A stretch of DNA of 64,000 nucleotides from Candidatus Fervidifonticultor sextus (GCA_031459875.1 JAVKHQ010000003.1:73144-137143); one strand, 5' to 3'; shown: positions 36,849-48,684, counted from the first letter of the stretch. Notes: generated from the sequence alone by a model not told the origin. Program-made: numbers and translations.

Positions 36849-38630
36849 TCATGCGCCCGCGCGCGAGGCACCGGGGACCGCCTGCGGGGGACCCGGCTCG
36901 GCCGGCGCGGCATCCAGCCACTGCAGGCGCAACAGCCGCGCGTAGGTCCCCTCGCGCGCCACCAGCTCTTCGTGGCGGCCGTCCTCGACCACCCGTCCCT
37001 GGTCGAGGACGACGATGCGGTCCGCGCCTCGGACGGTCGAGAGGCGGTGCGCGATGATGAAGGTCGTACGCCCGCGGGTGATGCGTTCGATCGCCTCCTG
37101 GATGAGGGCCTCGGACTCGCTGTCCAGCGCTGAGGTGGCCTCGTCGAAGATGAGCAGGCGCGGGTGGTTGAGCAGCGCCCGCGCGATGGCCAGGCGCTGC
37201 CGCTGGCCCCCCGAGAGCTGCAGGCCGTCGTCACCCAGCACCGTGTCGTAGCCCTGGGGGAGCGCCATGATGAAGTCGTGGGCGTTGGCAGCCCGGGCGG
37301 CTTCCATGACCTCGTCCAGGGTCGCGTCGGGGCGGGCGTAGGCGATGTTCTCGCGGATCGGACCGCGGAACAACACGGTCTCCTGAGGGACCAGTCCGAT
37401 CTGACCCCGCAGCGACCGCAGCGTGACCCGGCGCAGGTCGATCCCATCGATCTCGACCTTCCCGCTGGCGGGATCGTAGAAGCGGGCGATCAGGTTGACC
37501 AGCGTGCTCTTGCCCGCCCCGCTCAGGCCCACCAGGGCGATGCGTTCCCCCGGCGCCACCTCCAAGGAGAGATGGCGCAGGGCCCAGTTCCCCGGGGTGT
37601 AGGCGAAGGAGACGTCGTCGAACTTCACGTGTCCGCGGATCGGGGGCAGCGGGACCGCGCCCGGACTCTCGTGCAGGCCGGCGGGTTCGTCCAGCAGCGC
37701 GCGGATGCGGCCGAAGGCGCCCAGGGCCTGCCGCAGTCCGGCGTAGTGCCGCGTGAGCCCCACCGCCGGCTCGACCGCCAAGCCCACGTACGCCAAAAAC
37801 GCCACGAGCGAGCCCGCGGTGAGGTCGCCGCCGGTGACGCGCTGGCCGCCGATCCACAGGATCAACACGATGCCGAACGCGGTCAGGAAACTCACCACCG
37901 GCACCTGCGCGGCGACCATGCGGGCGATGCGGACATTGGCGCCGAACGTCTGCTCGTTCTCCCGACGGAACCGACCGATCTCCCGCTCCTCCCGGGCGAA
38001 GGCGCGGATCACCCGCGCGCCGGCGAAGGCCTCGCGGATGAGCCCGGCCAGGCCGGCCACGTGCTCCTGGGCGCGGGCCGACGTCCCCTGAATCTCCTGG
38101 CCGAACCGGCGGGCGATCCCGCCCACCAGGGGGATCACCAGGGCGATGACCAGCGCCAGCTGCCAGTCGATCCACACCAGCATGGCGGCGATACCCGCCA
38201 GCATCAGTGCTGTGGAGAGCGCGTCGACGGCCCCCATCAGCAGCTGGGTCTGCACGACCTGGGTGTCCTGGAGGCTGCGGGCAATCGCGTCGCCGCTGCC
38301 CCACACCGCGAAGCGGTCCAGCGACCAGCGCTGGATGCGGGCGAACAGGTCCTGGCGCAGATCGGCGATGACGCGGTGGCTGAGGAAGAACGTCAGGTAG
38401 ATCTGGAGGTAGAGGGCCAGACTGCGCGCCCCGAACAGCAGCAACATGAACACCGCCGCGCGGTTGAGGGCGGCGAATGAGCGCGTCGCGATGAGCTGGT
38501 CAATGAGCCTCCCGGCGTAGGCCGGGACGACCAGGTTGGCCGCGGTGACCACCAGCATCGCGCCCACGGCCGCCGCGGCCTGCAGGCGGTACGGCGCCAT
38601 GAAGCCGGCCAGCCGCCGCAGGTCGCTCAC
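36849..38630 (-). CDS. ABC exporter, fused permease/ATPase (MsbA-like type I exporter)
   Basis: Six-TM domain, then an NBD with GLSGAGKST Walker A, LSGGQRQR signature and FDEATSALD Walker B. GTG start in a GTGA overlap with the upstream LpxB stop. Confidence 0.85.
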   Translation of the reverse strand: MSDLRRLAGFMAPYRLQAAAAVGAMLVVTAANLVVPAYAGRLIDQLIATRSFAALNRAAVFMLLLFGARSLALYLQIYLTFFLSHRVIADLRQDLFARIQRWSLDRFAVWGSGDAIARSLQDTQVVQTQLLMGAVDALSTALMLAGIAAMLVWIDWQLALVIALVIPLVGGIARRFGQEIQGTSARAQEHVAGLAGLIREAFAGARVIRAFAREEREIGRFRRENEQTFGANVRIARMVAAQVPVVSFLTAFGIVLILWIGGQRVTGGDLTAGSLVAFLAYVGLAVEPAVGLTRHYAGLRQALGAFGRIRALLDEPAGLHESPGAVPLPPIRGHVKFDDVSFAYTPGNWALRHLSLEVAPGERIALVGLSGAGKSTLVNLIARFYDPASGKVEIDGIDLRRVTLRSLRGQIGLVPQETVLFRGPIRENIAYARPDATLDEVMEAARAANAHDFIMALPQGYDTVLGDDGLQLSGGQRQRLAIARALLNHPRLLIFDEATSALDSESEALIQEAIERITRGRTTFIIAHRLSTVRGADRIVVLDQGRVVEDGRHEELVAREGTYARLLRLQWLDAAPAEPGPPQAVPGASRAGA

Positions 38631-39823
38631 CCGATCCCCCAGGCCGGGCGCATGGCTTCCAGGAGGCGCCCCGAGGCCCCGCGCTCCAGCGGCAGCGCCT
38701 CCAGCGCCTCGATGAGGGCCGCCCGCGCGCCCTCGTCGCGGATCAGGCGGGCGCTCTCCGCGGCCACCTGCTCGGGGGTGACGTCGCCGATCAACTCCGG
38801 CATGATGCGCCGACCGGCCCGCATGTTGGGCAGCGCCACGTAGGGGATGCGCCGGACGTACCGCCGGGCTAGATGGAGCCGCAACTTCGGGCCGACGTAG
38901 GGGACCCGGGCGATCCACTCGATGAGCCCTTCGAACGGAATCTGCGGCGCGATGCTGAACGGCAGGACCACCATGCTGGGGATGCGCATGATGGCCAGTT
39001 CCAGCGTGTTGGTCCCGGGAATCGTCAGGGCCAGGTCCGAGCCCACCACGTGCGGCCACCCGCCGTAGCCGACCTCGATGCGCGAGGCGTCCAGCGCGTC
39101 GCGGTGCCGGGCGATCAGGCGGCGGTGGAGGGCGGGCGAGACGAAGGGCGAGATGACTGCCAGGAGCCTGGCATCGGGCAACTGGGCGCGCAGGGCCGAG
39201 GCGGTCTGCACCCAGAATGGGAAGATGGCCGAGAAGACGGTGTCGCGGCTGCCGGCCAGGAACGTCACCTTGGGCCGCGCGCCGTTGCCTCCAGATGCGT
39301 CCACGTGGGCCGACTGCATGACGACCGCGTCGAATCGCGGATCGCCGGTGACCGCGATCTTGGCCGCGGGCACCCCCCGATCTACCAACCGCTCCTGCAG
39401 GGCCACCGTGGGCACAAAGATCCGGTCAAAGGCCCGGTGCACGCGCGCCACGTGCGCCCGCTCGACGAAGGCGAAGGCGCGGGCGCGCCAGCGTCTGGCC
39501 AGACGGCGTGTGTACCAGAAATCGCCTCCCACGTGCAGGACGACGGGCAGGCCCGCCGGCGCCCATCCGGGCAGGCCCAGGCTCAATTTCAACGTCGCCC
39601 GTGGATCGAAGATGTGATCGAACACCGCCGCGGCCGCGGCGGCGGCGGGCTCCTGGCCGCTGGCAAACTGGCACGGCGGCAGGCACAGGCTGATCTCCAT
39701 CGGCCGGCCCCACGCGCGCGCCAGGCGCCGCGCCTCGGCGGCGACCGGCAGGGCCCAGCCCGCCACCTCGCCCGGACCGTTGCCCACGATGACCAGGGAA
39801 TGCGACGGCGAGTCTTGGGTCAT
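38627..39823 (-). CDS. Lipid-A-disaccharide synthase (LpxB family, GT19) or close homolog
   Basis: N-terminal LVIVGNGPGEVAGWALPVA resembles the LpxB N-terminus. Length and domain order fit GT19. Confidence 0.6.
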   Translation of the reverse strand: MTQDSPSHSLVIVGNGPGEVAGWALPVAAEARRLARAWGRPMEISLCLPPCQFASGQEPAAAAAAAVFDHIFDPRATLKLSLGLPGWAPAGLPVVLHVGGDFWYTRRLARRWRARAFAFVERAHVARVHRAFDRIFVPTVALQERLVDRGVPAAKIAVTGDPRFDAVVMQSAHVDASGGNGARPKVTFLAGSRDTVFSAIFPFWVQTASALRAQLPDARLLAVISPFVSPALHRRLIARHRDALDASRIEVGYGGWPHVVGSDLALTIPGTNTLELAIMRIPSMVVLPFSIAPQIPFEGLIEWIARVPYVGPKLRLHLARRYVRRIPYVALPNMRAGRRIMPELIGDVTPEQVAAESARLIRDEGARAALIEALEALPLERGASGRLLEAMRPAWGIG

Positions 39824-39915
39824 GGCTCCACAACCGCTCCATTATAGTTTCCACTTCGATCTGCCCGCAATTCACGGCGCAGGGCGGGTGCTGGCGACCG
39901 GCGAACCACGAGCCG

Positions 39916-41547
39916 GTGGGTGCCATGCATGCGGCGGCGCGGGTGCGGACCTGGTATGGCCTGCTGAGCCTGGCGGGTCTGGTGATCCTCGGGACCCTCC
40001 CACTGCCGCACGTGGATTCCGATGCCCCGCTGTACGGCAAGATCGCCGCCAACGTCCTGGCCACCGGCGACTGGCTGTCCTTTCACCATCCGGGCTGGTT
40101 TGTGGACAAGCCGCCGGTGGTCTTCTGGCTGATGGCGGGATCCTTCAAGATGCTGGGCGTCTCGGACGTCACCCTGCGGCTGTGGCAGGTGATCCTGGCC
40201 CTCGTGTTGGTCGTCGTGACGGCGCGGGTCGCCCGTGCGGCGGGATGGACACGCGAAGAGGCGGCGCTGTCGGCGCTGGTGCTGGCCACCTCGCTGCAGT
40301 TCCTCTACCAGACGACGGTGCCCCAGCAGGACCTCCCGCTGACGTTCTTCCTGACGCTGGCCGCTCTGGGCCTGCTGCGCTATCTGGATCGTCACTCTCC
40401 TGCCTGGCTCGCCGCCGCTGCGGCGGCGGCGGCGGCCGCAGTCCTCACCAAGGGGATCGCAGGACTGGGATTCTTCGGCCTCCTCGCCGTGCTCGCACTC
40501 CTCGTGGCCAGGCCCGGGCTGCCGCGGCCGGGGCGCCTGCTGGGACACCTCGTGCTCGCCGCCGTGGTCTTCGCCGCCCTGGCCGTGCCCTGGTTTGCCC
40601 TGGGCGTCATCCGGCAGGGCGACCAGTTTGTGCAGACCTTTCTCACCTCCGGCACCCTGGGCCTGGCACGCTTCTTCCGCCCGGCGATCTCGACGCCCCC
40701 GCCCTACTGGCTGTCGGTCTTCGCCTACGTGCCGTTGCTGCTGGTGGGCCTGCTGCCCTGGACCCCCCTCCTGCTGGTCGGCCTGGGGGACCTTCCCCGG
40801 CTGGTCCGGTCGGGGACGCGGGGCGAGAAGTTCGTAGCGGTGTGGTTGGTGGGTTTCTTCGCACTCCTCTCCCTCTCGTCGGGCGACAAGGTGTTCCGCT
40901 ACCTGCTCGTGTGCTTCCCTCCCGCCGCCCTCCTGACCGGTCGAACCGCCGCAGCGTTCCTGGGCCATCCCCGGCGCCTGCGGCTGGCCGCCTGGATCGC
41001 GGTGGTGCCGGGTCTCCTGATGATGGCCGCCGGATTCCTCATGGTCTGGATGCAGTACGCGTCCCAGCGCGCGCTGCTCGCCGGCGTCGTCCTCCCCACC
41101 GTGGCCGCGACGGCGGCGGGGCTGCTCGGGTTTGCGGTGGCCGCCCTCCGGGGCCGGGGGCCGACGGCCGTCGTGCTCGCGACCCTCGGCATCCTCGCCG
41201 GCATGGCGCTCTTCGAGCGGGGCATGGTGGCCCATGCAGCCGTCCTCAATCCCTGGCCGGCCATCAGAGCGGCCGCCGCACCGGCGGCCGGCGAGGGCGG
41301 GCGGCTGTTCCTCTACGGACGCGCGGGTGAGGGGTTCAACTTCGCGCACTTCTACTTCGACCGACCGGTGGTGGCGCTGTCTGGGCCATCGGAACTTGCC
41401 GCGGTGTGGGCCCGCGAGCGGGTCACCGCCGTCATCCCCGAGGAGGAGTACGACGACCTGGCCCGCGCGCTGACCCCGGCGCCGGTCGTCATCCACCGGA
41501 GTCCAGCCCGGCTGGTGCTGGTCACCAATCACGGACGCGCCGACTGA
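39916..41547 (+). CDS. GT39/GT83-family (ArnT/PMT-like) membrane glycosyltransferase using a polyprenyl-phosphate sugar donor
   Basis: N-terminal DxD-like HVDSDAPLYGKIA loop, then about 11 TM helices. Confidence 0.8.
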   Translation: MGAMHAAARVRTWYGLLSLAGLVILGTLPLPHVDSDAPLYGKIAANVLATGDWLSFHHPGWFVDKPPVVFWLMAGSFKMLGVSDVTLRLWQVILALVLVVVTARVARAAGWTREEAALSALVLATSLQFLYQTTVPQQDLPLTFFLTLAALGLLRYLDRHSPAWLAAAAAAAAAAVLTKGIAGLGFFGLLAVLALLVARPGLPRPGRLLGHLVLAAVVFAALAVPWFALGVIRQGDQFVQTFLTSGTLGLARFFRPAISTPPPYWLSVFAYVPLLLVGLLPWTPLLLVGLGDLPRLVRSGTRGEKFVAVWLVGFFALLSLSSGDKVFRYLLVCFPPAALLTGRTAAAFLGHPRRLRLAAWIAVVPGLLMMAAGFLMVWMQYASQRALLAGVVLPTVAATAAGLLGFAVAALRGRGPTAVVLATLGILAGMALFERGMVAHAAVLNPWPAIRAAAAPAAGEGGRLFLYGRAGEGFNFAHFYFDRPVVALSGPSELAAVWARERVTAVIPEEEYDDLARALTPAPVVIHRSPARLVLVTNHGRAD

Positions 41548-41625
41548 CGGACGGCCACCCGCAGGACAGGGATGCCGCCGCGCGCGGCCGAATAGGGTCG
41601 GGGACGCCGGGTCAAGGGGTGTGGT

Positions 41626-43173
41626 GTGCGCTGGGGTGTCGTCGCGGCGGCGGTCGTCTTGATGTTCGGTGTCGAACTTGCCAGCGCACAGCCCGCTCCC
41701 GTCACCATCGACGCGGAGACCATCACCTACGATGCCGCCCAGCGGACCGTCACCGCCCGGGGCAACGTCCGCGTCACCGCCCGCCGGTATCGCGCGTTTG
41801 CCGACATGCTCCGCTACGACCTCCGGACGGAGGAGGCGGTCCTCACCGGTCGCGTGCGGGTCCTCGACGACCGCGGGGCGGAACTGCGCGGTCAGTCGCT
41901 AACCCTCAACACCCGGACCGAGGAGGGCGTGCTGGAACCCGCCGAGGGGATCGTGGACCGGCAGCGGCGGATCTACCTCCGCGGCGCCCGCCTGGAGGTC
42001 TCCCCCCGCCGATACGTGACCTCCCAGAGCCTGGTGACCTCCTGTGACCCGCGCAACCCCACGGTCTTGGTGACGGCGAACCGCATCGAGGTCGTCCCCG
42101 ACGAGGCGATCGTGGCCTACGATGCCTCCATCTACCTGGGAGGTCGCCGCCTCTACAGCACGTCCCGGTTCGAGGCCTCCCTGGTACCCGGCGAGGAGAG
42201 CGTCCTGATCCCGACCTTCGGAGGCAATGCCGTCGACGGGTACTGGGTGGAGGGCCGCTGGCGGGTGCGCCTGCCCTGGGCCCGGGGTGTGCTGCAGACC
42301 AAGTACGGGACCACCTCCGGACTCTTTCCGCTGCTGCGGCTTGCGCACCGGCAGCCGGGGCACATCGTCTCGCTCCGCCTGGGCCGGACGCAGACCGTCG
42401 AGGAGCGCCAGGCGTTCAACCTGATTGGCTATGAGGTCGCCGAGGCGAGCGCGTCGCGCTCCCCGGCCCAGATCGGGACCACCCCCTTTTCGTGGTCGGT
42501 CGCGGGCGCCGTCGGATGGTTTCGGGAACAGGAGACCGGGGTGGCGGCGACGCGGCTGGACGCGCAGGCGTTCGTGGAGTCGAGGCCCATCGCCCTGGGA
42601 CCGCGGGTGAGGTTCACCTCGCAGGCCGGGTTCCGGATCTCATCCTATGGCAGCGGCGATGTCAGGACGGTCACCACCTTCCAGCCCGTGCTCGGCTACC
42701 AGGCCGACCCGGTGACGCGGGTGAGCCTCGGGTATTCGCTGGTCGGGGTGCAGGGCCGCACGCCCTTGCGGATCGACGACGTGGAGCCGGCGAACACGCT
42801 CAGCCTGGATGTGGCCCGCACCGTGACGGACCGCTACCGCCTGGCCGCGGGCGTCTCCTACAACCTGGACACGCAGGTGACGAAGTACTCGGCGCTGGCG
42901 GCGGTGGTGGTGAGCCCCTCCCTGGACTTTGCCGTCCATGCCGTCTACAATGTCCGGCTGAACGCCTTCGAGGACGTGGACTACGCCGTCCGGTTCCTGT
43001 GCGACTGCCTCGACGCGGTGGTGCGCTACCGGCAGATGCGGCGGGAGATTTCGATCGAGTTGGGCCTGACGGGATTTGTGGAACGGCGCGGCCTGGCCCC
43101 CAGGTCGACGCCGCCGGCGGTCTTTCCCGACGGCACGGCGCCGGGCGGGGAAGGGGGCGGACCCGCACGATGA
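41626..43173 (+). CDS. LptD/OstA-like outer-membrane protein (N-terminal OstA jellyroll + C-terminal predicted beta-rich domain)
   Basis: Signal peptide, OstA-like N domain (TIDAETITYDAAQRTVTARGNVRV), and a beta-strand-like alternating pattern at the C-terminus. Confidence 0.5.
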   Translation: MRWGVVAAAVVLMFGVELASAQPAPVTIDAETITYDAAQRTVTARGNVRVTARRYRAFADMLRYDLRTEEAVLTGRVRVLDDRGAELRGQSLTLNTRTEEGVLEPAEGIVDRQRRIYLRGARLEVSPRRYVTSQSLVTSCDPRNPTVLVTANRIEVVPDEAIVAYDASIYLGGRRLYSTSRFEASLVPGEESVLIPTFGGNAVDGYWVEGRWRVRLPWARGVLQTKYGTTSGLFPLLRLAHRQPGHIVSLRLGRTQTVEERQAFNLIGYEVAEASASRSPAQIGTTPFSWSVAGAVGWFREQETGVAATRLDAQAFVESRPIALGPRVRFTSQAGFRISSYGSGDVRTVTTFQPVLGYQADPVTRVSLGYSLVGVQGRTPLRIDDVEPANTLSLDVARTVTDRYRLAAGVSYNLDTQVTKYSALAAVVVSPSLDFAVHAVYNVRLNAFEDVDYAVRFLCDCLDAVVRYRQMRREISIELGLTGFVERRGLAPRSTPPAVFPDGTAPGGEGGGPAR

Positions 43174-44555
43174 GCGTGCCAGGGCAGGTTCGCCTGACCC
43201 CGACGATCTTCCGCGAGTACGACATCCGGGGCATCGTCGGCACCGAACTGACCCCAAAGGTCGCATCGCAGATCGCCCGGGCCTATGCGTCGCTGGTCTC
43301 GCCGGGCGGGCCGGTGGTGGTCGGATACGACAACCGGGAGCACTCGCCCGCCCTGGCCGCCGCGGTGGCCGAGGGGCTGGCCGCCTCCGGGTGCGACGTC
43401 CTGGACATCGGGACCGTCATCACCCCGACGTTCTACTTCGCCCGCGTGCACTGGGGGGTCGACGGCGGGATCATGGTCACGGCCAGCCACAACCCGCCCG
43501 AGTTCAACGGGTTCAAACTGGCCGGCGGGTTCGGCACCCTCTACGGGGAGCAGATTCAAGAAGTCCGCCGGAGGGCGGAGGCCGGCCCATTCCCGGCCGG
43601 GTCGGGACGGATTGAGCCGCGGGACGCCACAGGACCGTACCTGGCCATGCTGCGGGAGAAGATCCGACTGGGCCCCAGGCGCCTGCGGGTCGTGCTCGAC
43701 TGCGGCAACGGCACCGCCAGCCTGGTGGCCCCCCAGGTGCTGGCCGGGTGGGGGGTGGAGGTTATTCCCCTGTACTGCGACTCCGACCCGCGGTTTCCCC
43801 ATCACCATCCCGATCCCGTGGACCCCCACAACCTGACCGATCTGATCGCGGCGGTCCGGCGCGAGCGCGCGGACGTGGGCATCGGTCTCGACGGCGACGG
43901 CGACCGGATCGGGGTCGTCGACGACCGCGGCGCGATCATCTGGGGCGACCTGTTGATGGTCCTCTTCTGGCGCGAGATCCTCCCCAGGCATCCCGGCGCC
44001 GACGTCATCGTGGAGGTGAAGTGCTCGCAGGCGCTGGTGGAAGAAGCCCGACGCCTGGGCGGCCGGCCGTTCTTCTACCGCACCGGCCACTCGCTCATCA
44101 AGGCCAAGATGCGCGAGATCGGCGCAGTCTTCACCGGTGAGATGTCCGGCCACATGTTCTTCGCCGACGAGTACTACGGGTTCGACGACGCCGTGTATGC
44201 CGCCGGGCGGCTGCTGCGGATCCTCTCCCATGCCGACCGGCCGCTCTCGGCGCTGCTGGCCGACGTCCCCCAGTATCCCATCACGCCTGAGGTCCGCGTG
44301 AGGTGCCCTGATGACCGGAAGTTCGCCGTGGTGGCGGCGCTGGCCGAGGAGTTCAAGCGCCACCACCAGGTCATTGACGTGGACGGCGTCCGCGTGCTCT
44401 TCGACGATGGATGGGGCCTGGTGCGGGCCAGCAACACGCAGCCGGTGCTGGTGTTGCGCGCGGAGGCGAAGACAGAGGCGGCGCTGGAGCGGATCAAGCA
44501 GGCCCTCGCCTCGGCCATCGCGCAATTCCCCGACGTCGGCCCGGTGACCTGGTGA
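43170..44555 (+). CDS. Phosphomannomutase/phosphoglucomutase
   Basis: Active-site TASHNP, metal loop DGDGDR, sugar loop GEMSGH. ATGA overlap with the upstream stop. Confidence 0.9.
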   Translation: MSVPGQVRLTPTIFREYDIRGIVGTELTPKVASQIARAYASLVSPGGPVVVGYDNREHSPALAAAVAEGLAASGCDVLDIGTVITPTFYFARVHWGVDGGIMVTASHNPPEFNGFKLAGGFGTLYGEQIQEVRRRAEAGPFPAGSGRIEPRDATGPYLAMLREKIRLGPRRLRVVLDCGNGTASLVAPQVLAGWGVEVIPLYCDSDPRFPHHHPDPVDPHNLTDLIAAVRRERADVGIGLDGDGDRIGVVDDRGAIIWGDLLMVLFWREILPRHPGADVIVEVKCSQALVEEARRLGGRPFFYRTGHSLIKAKMREIGAVFTGEMSGHMFFADEYYGFDDAVYAAGRLLRILSHADRPLSALLADVPQYPITPEVRVRCPDDRKFAVVAALAEEFKRHHQVIDVDGVRVLFDDGWGLVRASNTQPVLVLRAEAKTEAALERIKQALASAIAQFPDVGPVTW

Positions 44556-45595
44556 TGCGGCGCATCCTGCTGACCGGCGGAGCGGGCTTCCTGGGCAGTC
44601 ACCTCTGCGACCAGCTGATCGAGCGCGGGTGCGAGGTCCTCTGTGCGGACAACCTCCTCACCGGCCGTCTGGACAACATCGCCCATCTGCTGGACCATCC
44701 CCGATTCCGGTTCGTGCACTGCGACGTCTCCGAAGCCCTCCGGATCGAAGGCCCCCTGGACGCCGTGCTGCACTTCGCGTCACCGGCCAGCCCGCGGGAC
44801 TACCTGGAGTTGCCCATCCACACGCTGAGGGTGGGCGCCTACGGCACCCACAATGCCCTGGAACTCGCCAGGGCCACCGGCGCCCGGTTCCTCCTGGCCA
44901 GCACCTCGGAAGTCTACGGCGACCCGCTGGTCAACCCGCAGCCGGAGACCTACTGGGGCAACGTCAACCCCATCAGCCCGCGCGGGGTGTACGATGAGGC
45001 CAAGCGGTTCGGCGAGGCCATGACCATGGCCTACCACCGGTACCACGGTCTCGATACCCGCATCGTCCGGATCTTCAACACCTACGGCCCGCGGATGCGG
45101 GCCACCGACGGGCGGGTCATCTCCAATTTCATCGTGCAGGCCCTCCGCGGCGAGCCGTTGACGGTCCACGGAGACGGCACGCAGACGCGCAGCTTCTGCT
45201 ACCTGGACGACATGATCCAGGGGATCCTCGCCGTCCTCGACCTGCCGTCGGACCGGACCCCCCAGCAGCGGGTGGACCGGGAGTTCCTCCAGCGTAGCAG
45301 TGAGTCGGAGGACTCGATCCACCAGCCTGTCAACCTGGGCAATCCCGAGGAGCGCAGCGTCCTGGAGATCGCCCGTCTGGTCCTGGCGGCCACGGGCAGC
45401 CGCAGCCCGTTGCGGTTCGTGCCGCGTCCGGTTGACGATCCCCGCGTGCGTCGGCCGGATACTTCACGGGCGCAGCGCCTCGTGGGGTGGCGGCCGACGG
45501 TGCCCCTGGAGGAGGGGATCAGGCGCACCGTCGCATATTTCGAGAGTCAGATCGGGCAGCGGGACGTCGGGCGATCGCCATGCCCCGGGCGTTGA
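44555..45595 (+). CDS. UDP-glucuronate decarboxylase (UDP-xylose synthase)
   Basis: GGAGFLGSH, YxxxK (YDEAK), NTYGPRM and DGRVISNF, which are UXS hallmarks. Confidence 0.85.
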   Translation: MRRILLTGGAGFLGSHLCDQLIERGCEVLCADNLLTGRLDNIAHLLDHPRFRFVHCDVSEALRIEGPLDAVLHFASPASPRDYLELPIHTLRVGAYGTHNALELARATGARFLLASTSEVYGDPLVNPQPETYWGNVNPISPRGVYDEAKRFGEAMTMAYHRYHGLDTRIVRIFNTYGPRMRATDGRVISNFIVQALRGEPLTVHGDGTQTRSFCYLDDMIQGILAVLDLPSDRTPQQRVDREFLQRSSESEDSIHQPVNLGNPEERSVLEIARLVLAATGSRSPLRFVPRPVDDPRVRRPDTSRAQRLVGWRPTVPLEEGIRRTVAYFESQIGQRDVGRSPCPGR

Positions 45596-46626
45596 TCACC
45601 GGGATCACCGGACAGGACGGCTCCTACCTGACCGAGTTCCTGCTGGACCGGGGGTACGAGGTCCACGGGGTCATCCGCCGGGCCTCCACGTTCAACACGG
45701 ACCGCATCGACCACCTCTACCGGGACCCCCACGATCCCGGCGCGCGTCTGCGGCTCCACTACGGCGACCTGAGCGACAGCAGCGGGCTAAGGGTCCTGCT
45801 GGAACGGGTCCAGCCCGACGAGGTCTACAACCTGGGGGCCCAGTCGCACGTCCGCGTCTCCTTCGATCAGCCGGAGTACACGGCCGATGTGGTCGCGCTG
45901 GGGACGCTGCGGCTCCTGGAGGCCGTGCGGGACTACCAGGCGCGGACCGGGCAGCGGGTGAAGTTCTATCAGGCCGGCTCCTCCGAGGTGTTCGGGAACG
46001 CGCCGGCGCCGCAGAACGAGCAGACACCCTTCCACCCGCGCAGTCCCTACGGGGTGGCCAAGGCCTACGCCCACTGGCAGACGGTCAACTACCGCGAGGC
46101 CTACGGGCTGTTCGCGTGCAACGGCATCCTCTTCAACCACGAGTCGAGCCGGCGCCACGAGACCTTCGTCACCCGGAAGATCACCCGGGCGGCGACGCGG
46201 ATTGCGCTCGGGCTCCAGGACCGCCTCTACCTGGGCAACCTGGAGGCCCGCCGCGACTGGGGGCACGCCCAGGACTACGTCGAGGCCATGTGGTTGATGA
46301 TGCAGCACCACGAGCCCGACGACTTCGTCATCGCCACCGGGGAGTCCCGATCCGTCCGCGAGTTCCTGGCTGCCGCCTTCGGGCTGCTGAACCTGGACTG
46401 GGAACGGCACGTCGCCATCGACCCGCGCTACTTCCGCCCCGCGGAGATCGATCGGCTGGAGGGCGACGCGTCGAAGGCCCGCCGGGTGCTGGGCTGGCGG
46501 CCGCGCCGGTCCTTCGACGACCTGGTGCGCGAGATGGTGGACCACGATCTGGAGCTGGCCAGGGCCGAGCGGACCCTGCGCGACGCCGGACACCGCACGG
46601 CCCCTCGGGGGACCGGCCGTGGCTGA
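45580..46626 (+). CDS. gmd: GDP-mannose 4,6-dehydratase
   Basis: [27 protein letters not shown]. Confidence 0.9.
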   Translation: MPRALITGITGQDGSYLTEFLLDRGYEVHGVIRRASTFNTDRIDHLYRDPHDPGARLRLHYGDLSDSSGLRVLLERVQPDEVYNLGAQSHVRVSFDQPEYTADVVALGTLRLLEAVRDYQARTGQRVKFYQAGSSEVFGNAPAPQNEQTPFHPRSPYGVAKAYAHWQTVNYREAYGLFACNGILFNHESSRRHETFVTRKITRAATRIALGLQDRLYLGNLEARRDWGHAQDYVEAMWLMMQHHEPDDFVIATGESRSVREFLAAAFGLLNLDWERHVAIDPRYFRPAEIDRLEGDASKARRVLGWRPRRSFDDLVREMVDHDLELARAERTLRDAGHRTAPRGTGRG

Positions 46627-47575
46627 GTGGGCCGGCCGGCGCGTCGTCGTCACCGGAGGCGCCGGGTTCCTGGGTTCGGTGCTGGCCGACCGGCTCCGCC
46701 GCGCCGGGGCCGCGGTGTTCGTGCCGCGCCGGCGCGACTACGACCTGACCACGGCCGACGCGGCGGCCCGGCTCTATGCTGATGCGCGCCCGGAGGTCCT
46801 CTTCCACCTGGCCGCCGCGGTGGGCGGGATCGGCGCCAACCGCGCCAACCCGGGGCGGTTTTTCTACGAGAACATGGCGATGGGCCTCAACGTCGTGGAA
46901 GGCGCGCGTCGCTACGGTGGCCTGGAGAAGCTGATCATCGTCGGGACGACGTGCGCCTACCCGGGCGAGGCCCCGGTGCCCCTGCGCGAGGACGACCTGT
47001 GGGGTGGGTACCCCGAGCCGACGAATGCGCCCTATGGCATCGCCAAGCGTGCCCTGCTCGTCATGGCCCAGGGCTACCGGACCCAGTACGGGCTGAGGAG
47101 CATCTACCTCATCCCGGCCAACCTCTACGGCCCCGGCGACAACTTCGACCCCGAGACCTCCCATGTGATTCCCGCGTTGATCCGCAAGTGCGTCGAGGCC
47201 GTGGATCGGGGCGCCGACACGGTGGAGGTGTGGGGGGACGGGACGCCCACGCGTGAGTTCCTGCACGTGGGGGACTGCGCGCGGGGGCTGTTGCTGGCGG
47301 CCGAGCGGTACGACGCGCCCGACCCGGTCAACCTCGGCAGCGGCCAGGAGATCTCCATCCGCGACCTGGTGTCGTTGATCGCCGACCTGACCGGGTTCCG
47401 GGGCCGCGTGATCTGGGATCCCTCGCGGCCTGGAGGTCAGCGGCGGCGGCGCCTCGACGTCTGGCGGGCAAAGGAGGCCTTCGGGTTCGAAGCCCGGATT
47501 CCGCTGGCCGACGGGCTCCGCGAGACGATCGCTTGGTACCGGGCCCATCGCCGTGCGTATTCTCCACACCGTTGA
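46619..47575 (+). CDS. fcl: GDP-L-fucose synthase (GDP-4-keto-6-deoxymannose 3,5-epimerase/4-reductase)
   Basis: [17 protein letters not shown], short-chain epimerase/reductase fold. It follows gmd with an 8-nt overlap. Confidence 0.85.
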   Translation: MAEWAGRRVVVTGGAGFLGSVLADRLRRAGAAVFVPRRRDYDLTTADAAARLYADARPEVLFHLAAAVGGIGANRANPGRFFYENMAMGLNVVEGARRYGGLEKLIIVGTTCAYPGEAPVPLREDDLWGGYPEPTNAPYGIAKRALLVMAQGYRTQYGLRSIYLIPANLYGPGDNFDPETSHVIPALIRKCVEAVDRGADTVEVWGDGTPTREFLHVGDCARGLLLAAERYDAPDPVNLGSGQEISIRDLVSLIADLTGFRGRVIWDPSRPGGQRRRRLDVWRAKEAFGFEARIPLADGLRETIAWYRAHRRAYSPHR

Positions 47576-48677
47576 GTTCTACCATCCGCACGTCGGGGGC
47601 GCCGAACGTGTGGTCCAGCGGATCTCCGAGGGGCTCGTCCGGAGGGGACACGAGGTCGCCGTGGCCACCAGCTGGCATCCCGAACGCGGTTGCACGGCGG
47701 TCAACGGCGTGCAGATCGTCCCGTTCAGGGTGTCAGGGAACCTGGCCCGGGGCATGACTGGAGAGGTTGCACGCTACCAGGACTGGCTGCGGCGGGAGCG
47801 GTTCGACATCGTCATGAACTACGCGGCGCAGTCCTGGCCGACCGACGCGGCGCTGTCGGTGCTGCCGGACCTGCAGGCGGGCCGGGTCCTGGCCACCTGC
47901 GGGTTCTCGGGCCTGCACGGGGTCCGGCGGCTAGTGTACCTGAGGTACTTCAGGCAACTCCGAAGATTCATCCGCGACTATGATGCCCTTGTCTACCATG
48001 CGGAGGCCGGCGCAGACGTGGCCTTCGGAGGCCGCTACGGACGGGGCGAGCAGGTCGTGATCCCCAACGGGGCGGACGGCGCGGAGTTTGTTGGGCCCTC
48101 GGACTTCCGGGTCCGCTACGGTATTGGGGCCCGGCATCTTCTGCTCCACGTCGGGAATCACTACCGGGTCAAGGGACACGGCGACCTGGCCAGGGTCCTG
48201 CGGACGCTACGCGGACGCGATGTGGCCATGGTGATCATCGGCGACGATCCGGGAGGGACGGGGAGTTGCTGGAAGGCCTGCCTGGCGGCGGCGCGGCGCG
48301 ATCCGCGGCTCGTGCTGCTCCAGCACGTGCCCCGATCCGACGTGGTCGCGGCCTTTTGCGCTGCCGACCTCGTGCTGCTGCCGTCCCGCTTTGAGGCGGC
48401 ACCGCTCGTGCTCGTGGAGGCCATGGCTGCGGGCGTCCCGTTCGTGTCCTACGATGTGGGCAACGCGAAGGCGCTGGAAGGCGGTCAGGTCGTCGCGGGG
48501 CCGGAGGCGATGGCCGCCGCCGTGGCGGATCTGCTCGGCGACGACGCGCGGCGGCGTGCCCTGGGCGGCGCGGGCCGGGCCCATCAGCGCCGGGCGCTGG
48601 AGTGGGAGACCATCGTGGGCCGCTACGAGGCCCTCTACACCTCGCTGGTCGCCCGCCGCCGCGCTTTGGGGAGGTGA
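47553..48677 (+). CDS. Glycosyltransferase family 4 (GT-B, GT1-like)
   Basis: N-terminal HVGGAERVV and C-terminal E...E donor motif ([20 protein letters not shown]). Confidence 0.85.
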   Translation: MRILHTVEFYHPHVGGAERVVQRISEGLVRRGHEVAVATSWHPERGCTAVNGVQIVPFRVSGNLARGMTGEVARYQDWLRRERFDIVMNYAAQSWPTDAALSVLPDLQAGRVLATCGFSGLHGVRRLVYLRYFRQLRRFIRDYDALVYHAEAGADVAFGGRYGRGEQVVIPNGADGAEFVGPSDFRVRYGIGARHLLLHVGNHYRVKGHGDLARVLRTLRGRDVAMVIIGDDPGGTGSCWKACLAAARRDPRLVLLQHVPRSDVVAAFCAADLVLLPSRFEAAPLVLVEAMAAGVPFVSYDVGNAKALEGGQVVAGPEAMAAAVADLLGDDARRRALGGAGRAHQRRALEWETIVGRYEALYTSLVARRRALGR

Positions 48678-48684
48678 GACCGCC

